Shown here piece by piece: positions 37,641 to 50,680 of a DNA stretch of 64,000 nt. Source of the DNA: Chiloscyllium plagiosum (Eukaryota); the NCBI RefSeq assembly GCF_004010195.1, contig NC_057744.1, positions 24,674,224 through 24,738,223 on the forward strand. The letters are read 5' to 3'. Within the stretch, counting starts at the first letter, position 1. Each line of letters opens with the position of its first letter. Both the position numbers and the translations under genes were made by a program. The notes under the pieces were generated by a model. It worked only from the letters and a program-made list of their open reading frames with translations. It did no database searches and was not told where the DNA came from.

Positions 37641-38511
37641 CAATCTGGCATAGGAGGGGGCTTTCGTTTGAATGAAGGTGGCTGGTGTTGTTCTTTTTTG
37701 CTCCTGGAATTATTGGTAGTGATGACCTCTGCTGTTTGCCTTCACCAGAGGTGGAAGGTAGACTTGCATGAGCTGCTCCGGAGGCATAGGGAAAACTGGC
37801 AGCAGGGAAGTGAAATAAAAGGTTTATGAATTGCAAGGCAGAGAAAATACCAATATCTTGGCAATCTCCTGTCAAACAAGGATAACATTATCTGAGAGAG
37901 AAAAAAAATGTTTTGCAATCTCTCTCCTAGTCCTGGCTGGGCTCTTCAATGAATTATATGACCACATGCAAGTTGTGTCTCACTGGGATCTCTGCACATA
38001 TACTTTGTGTTTGCATCATAACAGTGATAATATGTCACTTGCACATAAAAGTATGTCCAGCTGCTGTGGACCCAGCAACATTGACTGAGTTGCTTCACTG
38101 TGCTTTATTACAGCAATCACATTTCGTGTGTCTGAGCTTAAAATGGATCACATACACTAGTGGTGTTGCCAGTCCACTCGATCTTCACTGCACCAGTGCT
38201 CCAATTTGACATGTCTATCAATCACACTACTGAGGAATTTACTGTCTTCCAAATGTGTGATTTCAAGACAAGGCATGAAGACAGATTGCTGGTTTATCAC
38301 AGTTAATCTTTTAATTAGTTAATCAATTTCTACATATTCTATCATAAAACTCATCCAACTAAAAGCTGCACAAAGTGAAAGATGCTACTGACAGACTGTC
38401 CTCTGATCATTTAGATGTGACAGCAACTCTCTATCTTTCAGCCCAAGAGAAATAAATGTAATTTTCAGTTAGATGCCTTCAATGTTTTCAAATACATGTC
38501 AGTTTCTTAAT

Positions 38512-39826
38512 AAACATAGGAACATAGGAAAAGGAGTAGGCCAATCAGCCCCTCGAGCCTGATCAGTTTCCAATAAGATTGTGGCTGGGTTTTGGCCTAA
38601 CTCAACAGATCTGCTTCTGGCCCATTTCCTTAATACCTTTGCTTCCCAAAAAAAAAACTATCTCAGATTTAAAATTAGCAACTGATCCAGCAGCAACTGC
38701 TATTTCAGGAAAAGAGCTCCAAACATCTCTCACTCTTCATGTGTAGAAATACTTCCTAAAATCATTCCTTAGTGGTCTGGCCCTAATTCTGGATGATAGT
38801 CTCTAGTTCTAGAATCCCCAGTTAGTTGAAATGGCTTATTTTTATCCAACCTGTCTTTTCCAGTTTATATCTTGAAGATTTCAAACAGATCACCCCTTAA
38901 CCTTCTAAATTCTAGTGAAAACATGTCTCGTTTGCATAATCTCTCCTCATTACTTCACCCTGAAGTTGAGTTATCATTCTTGTAAACAGATGATGTACTC
39001 CCTCCAAGGCCAATATATCCTTCCTAAGACATGGTGCCAGACATGCTCGCTGTACTCCAAGTGGGATTAGATTAGATTAGATTAGATTACTTAGTGTGGA
39101 AACAGGCCCTTTGGCCCAACAAGTCCACACCGATCCTCCGAAGAGAACCCACCTCCTCTATATTTATCCCTGACTAATCCACCTAACACCACGGGCAGTT
39201 TAGCATGGCCAATACACTTAACCTGCACATCTTTGGACTGTGGGAGCAAACCAGAGCATCCGGAGGAAGCCCACGCAGACACAGGGAGAATGTGCAAACT
39301 CCATACAGACAGTTGCCTGAGGCGGGAATTGAACCGGGGCCCCTGACGCTGTGAGACAGCAGTGCTAACCACTGAGCCAATGTGCTGCCCCATCCAACTA
39401 GAGTTTTGTGTACTTTCAAGATAACTTCTTTACCTTTATACTGTAGTCCTCTGGATATAAAGGCTGGCATTCTATTAGATTTCTTATTATTTTCAGCACT
39501 TGTTTGCAATGTTTTAAAGGTCTATGCATCTGAATCTCCATTTCTCCTTGGACATCCACTGTATTTAATGCTACACCATTCTAGAAAGTACCCTGATCTG
39601 TCCTTTCTCAGTCCAAAATGGATAACGTCTCACTTGCTTATATCAAATTCCATCTGTCACAATTTTGCTCATTCAGTTAATCCAACAATCTCCCTTTGTC
39701 ATGTTATGCGATCATTTACACTGTTTGTCATCAGCAAATTTGGATACATGCTTTCTATGCCATTATCCATTTTGTTAATAAGTAATGTGAATAAGTGAGT
39801 CCCTAACACAGATATTTGTGGGACAC
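38512..39826 (-). mobile_element. CR1 LINE 3' part interrupted by a SINE
   Basis: aacataggaacatagg tail; MPAFISRGLQYKGKEVILKVHKTLV; catcagcaaattt (KFAD on minus). Confidence 0.85.
39065..39391 (-). mobile_element. HE1-like V-SINE with (TAATC)n tail
   Basis: Reverse complement of the SINEs at 4458 and 35949; (attag)n at 39065-39090. Confidence 0.92.
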
Positions 39827-39827
39827 G

Positions 39828-39960
39828 AAATAAAAAAAAAATCCAAAGGAATGTGGACCATGGAAATCAGAACCATGAACAGAGATTGCTGGAAAAGGTC
39901 ACTGAACATGGCAGAGAAAGCACAGGTAACTTTCCAGGTCCAGTGACCCTCCGTCAGAAC
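39828..39960 (-). mobile_element. Decayed family-B pseudo-LTR
   Basis: gattgctggaaaagg..ggtccagtgaccctccgtcagaac resembles the reverse of 59913-60042. Confidence 0.55.
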
Positions 39961-42832
39961 ATCTTCTGTACCATGGAATTTTGCCCAGATATAACTGAAA
40001 AAAGTAAGGCTTTTCTAGCCTTTATCCTTTACCCTCACATTAATCCCATGCTCCATCCTTGCCCTCCTACCCACCTGTACCCAAGGCCATTCATGGACCC
40101 CAAGCCAACCTATTTCTTCATCTCATCCACGCCTTCATCCCAGGTAATGGTAGTTCCATGTCCATTCACATACAACATAGTGTAGAAAACCAGTGAACCT
40201 TATAGGGACAACAGAATATTGGATAAAGGTTTTGAAGTTTTATTTAAGTATTCGGTTATCACTATAAACTTCATTGGTTCCACATACTACAGTATATTGT
40301 ATCTGTGTAGGCATAGAACTACCATGTGAGTAGATATGGAAAAGGCAGAAAGTAATGGATAAAGTTTTTGATGGTTTAGTTATTACTTTTGACTTTCTAC
40401 AAGCCAATAAATGTGTGAATGATCCAGACCCTTCTAAGTAATGGAACCAGCAAGATTTTGGAACCTTTAATCATATATAAATACACGTGGTGTAATTAGC
40501 AGCAAGAATAACAGAGTTGTTGGAGCTGTTAATAATAACTGTTTTCTCAGGGGCTCTGTTGTTTAAACAGACTAATCGATTTCTCAGCTCTCAGAAAAGC
40601 CTCATTATGTAACCTTGGCTAAAAATGGAGACCAGTTTGTGAGAGTGGGTGAGAGGCAGAGTTTGGCATGCAGGCGATGAGGAGGACCTTTTGAATTTAC
40701 CTTTCAAAAAGGTTCCTCATGCAGACATCGGTTCATGGTACTTCTGAGCTGCCTCTAAAATGCCTAACCCCACAATGGCGTGAGTCAGGCCAGGATTGCA
40801 AGGTGCGTGTTCTCAATCTGAATGGACCTACACCCTTAAAGGGCAGTGGTGGTGACTGGAAACCCTGGGATAAGCTTTAAGGTTCTCAGAGTTGAGACCC
40901 ATCCACCATTTTTCATTGTGTTCACCAATCCATTGAAAGTCCAGATGAGAGTTTTATCCTTTCTAATGTCAATAAAAGGTCTGATAAGGAATGCTCCCTT
41001 CCTCTGATGATGGAAAATCTTGCATTCTGCTGACACTAAGAGACTTAGAGAGGAATTGATGAACCCATGTCTTCATGTCCTTTGGGAATTTAAATGCATT
41101 TTCCCAACAATATTATTTCGCTCAGACTGCTGACCAATAGATATCACTTATTCGAATCGTAATGAGATTGCAGATTCTCCTGCTAATACTTGGCTAATGT
41201 GTTATCTAAAGTATGAAATCAACTTTGTTGGCTTTGTGGATGGAGCAGCAAAATAACACTGAATCAATTTATATTCTGCTGTTGAAGTGGGAATGGATGC
41301 ATGCATGACTCTGTTGACCTTTTCTCAAGTTTAAGACTTGTAATGACTGAATTGCCTGCCTATTGAGAAGGTTCCATTAGATATTTAATTGCAGGCAGTT
41401 TATAGTCAAGAAAAATATTAGCAGTGCTGCAGGGTTTTCATGGAATCTTTAGTATTATGTTTCCACACAACGGTCCACGAGAAGTTATGCAAGTGATGTC
41501 TCAACAGTAATTAAAAAGGACTGTTTATTTTAAAAAGACACTTTGATGCCTTGGAGCAGCTTATCTAGCATGGAAATCCAACATTAGGCTACTGCGATTT
41601 TGTTATACACTTCTGTTTCGCTGTAATAATTTTACTGATAAATAAATCCTTTTTTCATTTTGCCTGATCCCAAAAACCTATCAGAGGAGATGGGAGCATA
41701 TGGTTTGCAGTGCATATGAATTTGAGAGTGTAATGCTGTGAGAAAAGGTAACTGTTTGCCCAATGCCATGCTATTTCATTCACACTCACATCAGGAAACA
41801 AACTCGATACACAATGCTTATTGAAGCTGTCTTTGCATTGAGCTCAGAGGTCTCTGTGTTAGAAAAGGCCCAATTGTGACAGCAACCTTGCTAGGAGTAA
41901 CAATCACTTTTCACCTAATCTCTGTAGAGCAGGTCTTAACAATTCACCGCGGTCACCAAACATTTTTTGCTCTTATGCTGTGTACAAGCAAATGAGTTCC
42001 TGACCTTATTTTGTGAAAAGTCATGGTGGAAAACAACAGATTCAACTGCAGTTAAAGAGATTCTGTTCACTTGCATTTGGGAAAAAAAAAATTCTCCATC
42101 TTTCTTTCATCTGTACTCAAAAATCTCTAAACTAGAAAAATGTTTTAATGATTATCAACACTGGTATTTCCATCCACTTAAAAATAGAATACACATAAAG
42201 ATCAATAAAGACAAAATAATGCACCACAGCCATTGTCACTTAATATTGATTCACAGAAAATGACAGTCTGGTGCTTTGCTGATGAAGTTGTTCCCACACT
42301 TAGGTTGACACATTCATGCATCAGCGCACATGAGGTGAAATCGACAACAGATCTTTATTACATAAACCTACATTGTGATCCAGTGGTCATAGTTAACGAT
42401 AGCCCTTGGCCAAACTGTATTTGTGAATTTCAAATGTGTCAATACATGACTAATGGGAACTAGTGATGGGGAAGAGTATATTTCACAAGTTACTCCAACA
42501 CCAAGTTTTAACGTTCTGGGCTCAGCAGTTCAGATGCAAAGTACATCTTATAAATGAAGCTGAATTCTGTGTTTGTGACAAAGTACAAAAGTCTTTCATT
42601 TATTATTACAAATAAGTCATTTGGTTTCATAATTAGACAATTGGCTGAATTTTCCCAGCCCCTGAACAATGTGAGCACTGGTGAGTCAGTTAGGAAAATA
42701 TGCCACAGTTGGCAAAGTAAGACTCTAGACATGAAGGAAAGAAGTCCAATTTTGCATCTAAGATTTGAACAGCAAAATGTGTATTCCCACTGTGAGAAAG
42801 AGATATTTATGCATGAATTTGCATCTCAGTAT

Positions 42833-43443
42833 TGTTATGGACCAGGCCAGACTCTCTCAAAACATTTCAAGAAAGTAGCCCAGACCCTAACTTTGCTAGT
42901 TGTTTTCAGCAGATGTAACGTGGAGATTCCAGGAGGGTTGCAGTTTGTCAAACCACATGGCTTTAACCAAATCAAAATTTATTTACAAGATTTCCAAAAG
43001 AAACACAAACAAAAGACAACAGAATACAGAATAACTTAACCTATCTGAAAACCCAACAGATTATCCCAACTTAATGATGCTGTTCCAAATACTTGCAACA
43101 ATCCCCATAAACATCCCTTGGCATAAAAGATAAAATCAAACATGGGGTCTTACAGGAGAGATGCCAGAAAGATGGATGATCAGTGTGGACCTGCTTCTTT
43201 GGTTCCAGCAGCTTTTACACTGCCTGATTGCTTTCAGTGTATAGCCAGACCAGAGAAAAACTGAGCTGGGATAACTGGCCACTCCCCTTTTATTGTATAA
43301 GCATTTTTAAAAAAACCTTAAAAGCCTTTTTCCTGAGGCAGTATCAGTCAGCTATAATCAAATTAGCCCTAAAACCCTTCAACTTAGACTTTTCAGCGTC
43401 TGTCTTTTACGACCTCTCTAAAAAAAGGAGCAGCATCATTACA
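42833..43443 (-). mobile_element. Solo LTR
   Basis: Termini tgttatg..cattaca; 4-bp TSD gtat at 42829-42832 and 43444-43447. Strand inferred from tttatt motifs. Confidence 0.8.
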
Positions 43444-46400
43444 GTATCACCGATCATAGCCTCACTGATATGTGGTTTGTCATTCCCCCATGTGGCAGAG
43501 AGAAACTAGGCAGCAACAGTTTCCAAGATGGAAGACAGAGAAAATACCAGTGAGCTGCTTACCACTCTGGACTTCCATTTGGACAGCAGTCCCCAACATC
43601 TCGGGGGACTCTCTATAGCAGGTACCGCATTCAGTTCATGTCTTCAGAAGCTGTCATTGGACATATGCCAGTTTGAGCATATCAGCATGGTACACCTTTG
43701 ACTTCCTTACAAGAAAGTTATTCACTTCAATGCTGAGCTTTGGAGTGCACCATTCATTGTAAAAGTTGCTGCCAGCCACTCTTCATACAAGGCATCCATC
43801 ACATTCATCGGAGCAAAGTACATCTCAGGGATCATCATTAGTTTCTTTTTTTTTCACCATTCTGAACAGACTTTATTATGTATATTTTTCACCACCACCA
43901 GGAAAACACCTGGCCATGTGGCCAATTGTATGCTGTCAAGCAAAGTCTGTTAAGGGCAATACTGTCATAAATAACAAGTGAGGTGCAGGGAGTAAGGATA
44001 AAATGAGAGGACGAAATCTATCACAACCCTGTGCATCTTCATGTCCTATAAGAAATGAAGCAATATCTCCTGGCTTTTTGTGACAAAACCAGGAGGAAAG
44101 GGACCAGCCACTAACAGTCACCAGTTGTTTATGATCAGCACACAGCTCATGTCAGATAGCACTCGGAGCAGTCCTGTCCAGCAGTGTAGGTGAGCCGAGA
44201 CTTTGGACTCTACCACCTGCCAATTAGCCAGCTAGGATTCCTCAGCCAGGCTATGGTGAACTCCCAGAGAGAGGAGATGAGTGGCACTCCAGCTGAAACT
44301 CTGTATTCAAAACTTACAAGATCACCACATTTCTACTTTGCCTTGCCTTTCAGCAGAGTCACAAAGCCAAGCTTCCTGTCATGGTTGCAGGAAGTGATCG
44401 ATCAAGGGAGTGGACATGTTGCTCTTCAGCTCTGTAACATCACTGTCATACCAACACCATGTGTCAGCAGCTTATGCAGCAAACAGCCAAACAGCCATGT
44501 CTTAGAATCTAAAGGGAGTGGTTCTCAGTTGAAAGAAGTCGGCAGTCAGAAGGGCAGCACCCAATTTTAAACATGATCTTTAGCCTCTTGGGACAGTCAT
44601 AGTCAATTTCATACCATTACTGTGTGAGATGTGGGTCACAATCAGTCCTGAGGGTCTGTTCATTGAAAGTCATGGTGAGTTCGCAGATGCCATTGCTTTG
44701 CTAGGGAAGTTGGGCAAGTCAACTATTAGAATTGGAGGCAGGATGCTGGTTTGCAGGGAATTAATTGGGATGGGGACAACTCAAAAGAGTGGAAGATGAT
44801 AGACCATTGGAGGACATGGATTACTGTGGGATGGGGAATCAAAAGCCCTAGGGAGGCAATAGTTGGCATTACTAAGCTAGAGGGGCAGGACTTAAGAGAT
44901 AATATTGGGAGATGAAGACTTAAATGAAAAAAGTTGAGTTGGAATATGTGGAAACTCAGCGGTCATGGAATTTGACAGGGAATGCAACGAAGAATGACGC
45001 ATTATGTTTTGTGGAGTCTGCCAAATGAGCAGGCTGAGCATGTGACTCACTTTGTAAGGCATATTTGTATTGCCTTCCAGTCTCATCTGAATGGTAAAGC
45101 AAAATGGAAATTAATAAAATGAGGGTGTGACCTAATTTCCCTCTGAAGAAATCAAGGCTGTAGCCCAGGCAGTAAACTTGGCCAACATAAGTTGGCTTCC
45201 CCCAAGATAGGGCACAATAAACTGGACACATACTGCACTGAGAACACCATAACTCATCAGAATTCATCAATGGAACAGAACTCCATTCTATTAATATACA
45301 AGTTAGCTGTGATTAACAGTACCATGTCTTAAATATCTACACCAGCCACCTTGCCATATCCTTGAGAACTCTTATGTTTTTGCTTCATTTCCAAATAACT
45401 TAAGGATGATTAGAGAGACAAGTGCTCCCATAGTTGAGGCATCCATTACACAATTGCCTGATTAAGGTTAAGTATAGACTCAGTGCAGCCTTTCTTTGAC
45501 CAGGGTTATCATGATACAGATGATAGGTCAGCTGAAGATGATGTTCCAATGCTTGAGTTGGTCTGGGAAGGGCCTTTCAGTATAGAGTGTGCTACATAAT
45601 CCTTGCATGTTGTGCTCTAAACAATTAGTGCAAGCAAAGAGGGGATGTAATGGTTGCGGAGGAGCTGAGAGTACTGCAGCAATCTTCTAAGGAGGAAGAT
45701 GGAGATTTTAAATAGCAGCAAAATCACCTTTGTTGTATTGTAATTGTGCAACATTGGAAACAACAAGCCAGACAGGATTGAATTAATACCCAGTTCCGAC
45801 TGATATGAATTGGGTGAAGTGATCATTCATTGATTATAAATTTGCTTGAATATACAGACAGCCCCTGTATGTTCCCAGAAGCAAATGCAGATTATTTTGC
45901 CTGGGATTTATTCACTTGCCCTACTGTCCAATAAAAGTTAAATGTTTTTGACTGTGCGAAGGCATTCCAATATGTCATGCTCCCACCTAGCACAGTGACA
46001 AGATGTTATACTCTGCTGGGCATCCAGAAAAATGTAACACACACCCTTCAAGAGGATTGTAACATGGTACTGTTATAACACAGACAGACAGATGAACCAA
46101 ATCTGCATCTGTTCACAATAATATTAAACCACTGAAGACCCCCCCATTGTTCTGAATCAGACATTGAACAACCAATAGCAGTTATTGCAAATAATTAATT
46201 TCAAGACACTGGTTTTGTATCTTAAACAAAAGACTTAATTATTGATTAAATGCATAATAACTTTAGCAGAGGGATAATTAAACAACAAGGTAAGCTGATT
46301 AATGTCTGTGCTTTCAACCTGAAACATATTTTTTTCAAGCTCCTATTCATACAAAAGACAGACAATAAACAGAATAAAGTTATTCATAAAAGAAAATAAC

Positions 46401-47834
46401 AAAACTAACCACACTACTTCAATAGCTGTCATGATGCACTGTTTCCCAGACATTAATGTGGACTCCTTGGCTGTTTTTTTCCTGAAACATTGATCAGGAT
46501 CACCTTCTCAGTTCACCTTGGGAAAGGCAGCAACACTTTGAACTCAGCTTTCTACTGTTTGGGCTTCCAGAAGCTGGTGGAGCAGATTAGACAGGGAGCT
46601 TCTAAATTTTCTTGCTGTCTCATCTGCACTTCAAACTATCTCTCAGAAAATAATTTTAAAAATATGACTTTAATTCTGATTCTACCCTGATGGACCAATA
46701 AATCTTCCTGAGGCTTCAATTACCATTCAACAACTGCCACCTGCTTGAACATGAAGTGTCCTTCAGACTTGCTGGAACCAATTCCCAGGGACTGACCTTG
46801 TTTAGTGGCAACATCTGCTGTCTGTTCAAACACTCGTCTCAGAGTTGCTGTGTCTGTTCAAACCCCTTTAATCTACAATTAAACTACAATTAGCTTCCAG
46901 GCTTGGCTTCACATAAAAAGCAGAACTTGTCTCATTTGTTCTTTTCCTTTTACAAAACGCTTTCCTGAAGTGAACTCGTCATTTCCAGCTCACAATTCCA
47001 AAGTGATGAAAAAAATAAAAGTAATGAAAACCCAGTGTGGGCTATAAGTGTGTGAAGGATAAGTAGTCTGTGTAGCTTGGTTTTTGATGCTGCAATTACA
47101 CAGACAGTCCATCAGATTTGATTATATCAAGTAGCAACATATTTATGAACGTGAGCTTCTATTTCCAATAAAGAGTCACCCAGACCACATTAGCAGTCAA
47201 ATGCTCTTTGTTTCCTTCCCACCATCTTTATAATGCGGGCTACCTGTGGCAGCAGCCATTAACCTGGTGCACTGCTGGGCTGTAAATATGGTGCCAGTAG
47301 CAGAAATCCTGGAACATCCCTACCACCCAGTATCCTACATATCCAGGAACATCCTCACTTGTGCTGGGATGGAATGATCTGACTCCCAAGAAGCCTCACC
47401 ACCTCAGAACGAAAGCCTCCATATGCAGGCCGCCTGGTCCCGGAAAAGGTCTTCAGAGCTGGGAAGTGTCCTGACTCTGCCCTCCCAAATTTGGAGTGAA
47501 AATCAAGATTATTGTGCTCAATCACATGAATTAATTGAGAATAGTTCTGACTCAATCTCATGTGATTAGAAACAGGGGAGAAGGCAGCAAGCAGAGATAG
47601 AGAATAGCTATTTTGCAGCACAGGAGGTAGTTTGATTGTGGATTAAAGGGGTTTGAACAGACACAGCAACTCTGAGAAGAGTGTTTAAACAAACAGCAGA
47701 TGTTGGCCATTAAACAAGGTCAGTACCTGAGAATTGCTTCCAGCAAGTCTGAAGGAAACTCTATGTTCAAGCAGGTGGCAGTTGTTGAATGGTAATTGAA
47801 GCCTCAGGAAGAGTTTGTCGGTCCATCAGGGTGG

Positions 47835-48155
47835 AATGAGTTGAATGGAGGGTGTTTTTTCCTTAGGATGGGAGATTTCAGGACTGGCAGCATATTTTTC
47901 AGGTGAGAGGAGAAAAAACTTAAAAAGATATGAGGGACAATTCTTTTTCATAGGGAGTGGTTTGTATGTGGAATGAACTTCCAAAGGAAGCGGTGGATTA
48001 TGGGTATAAGTTCAAAATTTAAGGGATATTCAGATAAGTACATGAATGTTTGGAGGGATGTGGGCCAAGCACAGGCAGGTGGGACTAGTTTTGTTTGGGA
48101 TTAAGGCCGGCTTGGACTGAAGGGTCTGTTTCTGTACTGTATGACTCCATGATTC
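47835..48155 (+). mobile_element. CR1 3' end
   Basis: tgtggaatgaacttcca..gggtctgtttctgtactgtatgactccatga. Confidence 0.88.
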
Positions 48156-48169
48156 AACTGATGTGGCTG

Positions 48170-49085
48170 AATATTGCTAGTAAGGTCCTCCAGGGGTCAG
48201 TGTTGAGATCACTGTTGAAAAAAATGCATGATTTAGATTTTGGAATGATAACCTAGATTCCTCAATATATCGACAAAATTAATATTAATTATCCTCCCTT
48301 GAGGAGTGCAACAGTTTAAAAGCTGCCAATATACTTGCAGAATGGCATATAAATGAATTTTAACAGAACAAAGTGTGAGATATAATGATTTGAGAAGAAA
48401 AATATGAAGATCACATATTGTTGACAAATAAGGATCTAAATATGGATCAACAACAAAAAGACATGGGAGTACAAATAAATATATTATATTTAAACAAGTG
48501 ACACAAGGGGTTGACATGAAAAGTAGAAAGGTTCCACTGAACTTTCATTGAAATTCGATTTCACCACACTTGGAGGACTGTTGCAGTTCTGTTTGCAAGG
48601 TAATAAAATATTTATACAGAAGCCCTGAAAGCCAAAACAAAGATTTAGAAAGATAAAATCAGAATTGAGGTTACGTCTATCAAGAAAGGTTTAAAAGGCT
48701 GAGTTTCCTTTCCTGTTTTCAGAAGGTGACCTAATTGATGTCTTTAAATTTATAAAGACATGATAAAGTGGAGTCAGAGACAGAATGTTTCCACTGGAGG
48801 GAAAAATAAAATGAGAGGGCTTCAACACAAGATAGTCACTGAAACATCCCACTGGGGATTCAGTCAAATCTTCTATGCACAGGGAATGGTGAGAATTTGA
48901 AACATAGTACCACAATGTGCAGTTATAGGAAAGGTACCAAAGCTTTTTAAAATGAAAGCTGGATTAGCAGGTAATGGTGATATGATTAAAGGTAATGCTC
49001 TTGAGGTCATATTAAGAAGGAAAGCATGAGGTAAATGACTGCATGCAATTGTTGGGCCAAATGTCCTACTGTTGTGTAATTTCAC
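48170..49085 (+). mobile_element. Very old CR1 fragment
   Basis: ccaggggtcagtgttg (QGSVL), caccacacttggaggactg, ggtgacctaattgatgtctttaaattt. Confidence 0.65.
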
Positions 49086-49276
49086 ACAAGTTGCTAAATA
49101 CATTATAAGTTTTATATTCCATTAAACAGCAAAATGGTTTCCTGTTCCATGCCTCTGTTTATTTTAGACTTATTTATTCCAATTCCTGGAACTTCCATTC
49201 TTCCAATCTCCATAAAAGACTTGTTCACATCCAAAAGTCTGCTGCCTATCTTCTAATTTGTTCAAAGTCCTACTCA

Positions 49277-50680
49277 AACCATAAGACATAGGAGCAGACA
49301 TTAGACCATTCAGCCCACTGAGTCTGCTCCACCATTTAATTATGGCTGAGAAGTTTCTCCACCCTATTTCCCTGCTTTCTCCCCATAGCCCTTGATCCCC
49401 TTTGACAATCAAAAACCTATCTATCTCAGTCTTGAATATACTTAATGCCCTGGCCACCAAAGCTTTATGTGGCAATGAATTTTAAAGATTCTCCACTCTC
49501 TTGCTGTAGAAGACTCTCCTTACCACTGTTCTAAAAGGTCTTTCCTTTACTCTAAGGCTGTGCCCTTGTGTCCTAATCTTGCCTGCCAATGGAAACAACT
49601 CCTAACATCTATTCTGTCCATGCCATTCAGTATTATGTAAGTTTCAATTAGATCCCCCACCCCCATCCTTCTAAACTCCATTAAGTATAGACCCCAAATC
49701 CTCAAACGTACCACATATATTAACATTTTTATTCCTGTGATGGTGAATATTTTATTGTGAATCTCCTCTGAACACAGTCCAGGACCAGTACATCCTTCAG
49801 AAGATTTGGGGCCCAGAACTGCACATGGCACTCCAAAGGTGGCCTGACCAGAGCCTTACAGAGCCTTGGAAGTACATCCCTGCTTTTATATTCAAGTCTT
49901 CTCAAAATAAATGCCATCATTGCATTTGCGCTCCTAACTACGGAATCAACCTGTATGCTTACCTTGAGAAAATCCTGGACTAAAACTCCCAAGTTTCTTT
50001 GCAGATTTTTGAATTTTCTTCACATTTAGGAAGTAATCCAGCTCCTATTTTTCTTACCAAAGTGCATGACCTCCCACTTACCCATGTTGTACTCCATCTG
50101 TCACTTCTTTCCCGACTGTCCTAGCCTGTCCAAACCTTTCTGCAGCCTCCCCACCTCCTCAATGCTGCCTGTCCCTCTATCTACCTTTATTTCATTTGCA
50201 AACTTAGCCAGAATGCCCTCAGTTACTTCATCTAGATGTATAAATTGAAATGTTATGGACCCAACTTTAAGCCTTGCGGAATACCACTTGTCACTAGCTG
50301 CCATCCTTAGAAAGACACTTTTATCCCCACTCTCTGCTTCCTGCCAGACAGCCAAGCTTCTCTCCATGCTGGCACCTTGCCTCTGACACCATAGGCCTTT
50401 TTCTTACTCAGGAACCTCCTGTGCCGCACCTCATGAAAGGCCTTTTGGATGTCCAGGTAGATAACATCCATTGGCTCTCCTTGGTTTAACCTGTTCATTA
50501 CTTCCTTAAAGAATTCTAGCAGATTTGTCAGGCATGACCTCCCCTTGATGAAACCATGCTGACTTTGCGTTATTTTATAACATACACCCAAGTATTCAGA
50601 AATCTCATTCTTTACAATGGACTCCAAAATCTTACCCATGACTGAAGTTAGGCAATCAGCCTGTAACTTTCCATCGTTTT
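49277..50680 (-). mobile_element. CR1 LINE, RT domain to 3' end (pseudogenised)
   Basis: ORF 50307-50687 reads LTSVMGKILES..QHGFIKGRSCLTNLLEFF..DVIYLDIQKAF..WLSGRKQRV; also LVRPPLEC; ccataagacatagg tail. Confidence 0.95.

Noticed and set aside
39065-39090. (ATTAG)n as a telomere-like or CRISPR-like repeat
   Set aside because: It is the simple-repeat tail of the adjacent SINE. No repeat-spacer array exists anywhere in the window.
42554-43039. 161-aa ORF as a host gene
   Set aside because: It crosses from unique DNA into a solo LTR and has no recognisable domain.
43500-45330. Possible Harbinger transposase remnant (weak PFIVKVAA and PYKVSH-like peptides)
   Set aside because: Too degenerate, and the hints lie on opposite strands; cannot be supported without a profile search.
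46070-47830. Further solo-LTR-like stretches (tgttataaca.. and tgtcctgact..)
   Set aside because: No matching termini or TSD could be located.
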